DNA of 57,222 nt, counting the filler, from Dirinaria sp. TL-2023a (lineage: Eukaryota): NCBI GenBank assembly GCA_051941275.1. It is 6 parts of 6 records of this genome, joined end to end, with 100 filler letters (N's around TTAATTAATTAA, not from the genome) between each part and the next. Parts side by side here need not be neighbours in the genome. Positions count along the whole stretch, not along the records: positions 47,787 to 57,222 come from JAVEBF010001055.1; 5 more parts are not named here. One strand, given 5' to 3'. The notes under the pieces are model-generated. The model searched no databases, was not told where the DNA came from, and saw nothing but the letters and a program-made list of their open reading frames with translations. The position numbers and the translations under genes were made by a program. Of this stretch, positions 56,343 to 57,222 are shown piece by piece (the first letter of the stretch is position 1; the number at the start of each line of letters is the position of its first letter).

Positions 56343-57222
56343 ACCATCGAGACTCCGCACCATATGTCTCTAACACCGAATACACAGCTTTGCCTGCCAG
56401 CAGGCATAGACAACAATCATATCCCTCAGCCTTTTGTCTGGAGAGGTCAACGAGCAGGTCACTAAATCAGTCAGCGCATAAAACGCCTTCCTTCGCAAAA
56501 CATGACAAATTGCCTCCCCAAATTATCTCTCCACCAAACCCCTCAACAACCCGTCTTTCCAATCCCTGAAAGTCTCAAAGACAAAAATCTACCTTACCTT
56601 AAGGTAGGGTTACCTTCTGCTAAAGGAGAAAAAACTTGGGGCAAGGGTTAGGGCACTCCCTTGATTCCACAACGACCGGGTCGGAACCTCGATGGAGTCT
56701 AGTGGGCTAAGGGTTTTGCTGTAAGGTATACAAAAGTACAGTAGTCCGACTCGAAGAAGGCGACAATGGAAACAGGGTTTCCTCTACTTTATTGATCCGA
56801 GGGCAAATCGTCAGCGCAGCTCCTCTTACCACACCACCACCACTGACTCGAACGAAACCACCCAAACCAAAACAAAGCAATTCTCTCTCAAATCATCCTC
56901 TCGATACCTTACCTCCCTACCTACCTATCTACCCTACTTCACAGTATTACGAGAAATAGATGAAACCGAGTGAGTGAGTGAGTGAGAAAAGAAAAAGAAT
57001 TTGAGACCAATTCCATGATCCCAACCTTCTCTTCTACACTCCCCCCCCCCCCCTCCTCTCTCAATCAATCAAGAGATAGATAAATAACTAGCCACCTTAA
57101 CCAGATCAAACAGAATTTCTTACTTTAACATTCCCAGTCCCAGTTCTAGTCCCACTCCAAGTCCCCAATTCCATCCCACTCCCAATCCCAATCCAATCCC
57201 ACCATCTCATCTCTCTCTCATT

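Overview
Filamentous ascomycete (Pezizomycotina-type) nuclear DNA with short GT-AG introns. The window is not one locus. It is six ~9.45-kb contigs joined by an artificial 100-bp linker (44 N + TTAATTAATTAA + 44 N), so gene neighbourhood is only meaningful within a contig. Contig 1 (1-9467): a divergent, secondary-metabolism-type fatty acid synthase beta subunit head-to-head with a branched-chain aminotransferase. Contig 2: RSP5, PAB2, CCZ1 and a truncated secreted protein. Contig 3: Moco sulfurase (hxB) and a PRO1/NosA Zn2Cys6 regulator. Contig 4: two PTH11-like membrane proteins and an O-methyltransferase. Contig 5: a squalene-hopene-type cyclase/glycosyltransferase fusion (EfuA-like) divergent from a cytochrome P450. 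Contig 6: a charged low-complexity protein, a BIM1-like GPI protein and an SRR1-like protein. The most unexpected element is a ~200-nt non-coding sequence present in two diverged copies on different contigs (38799-39006 and 52099-52310, minus strand). It has Pol III-type A/B boxes, a T-run terminator and pairing-preserving substitutions, and I do not recognise it as any known RNA family. All calls are by eye; no database searches were run.
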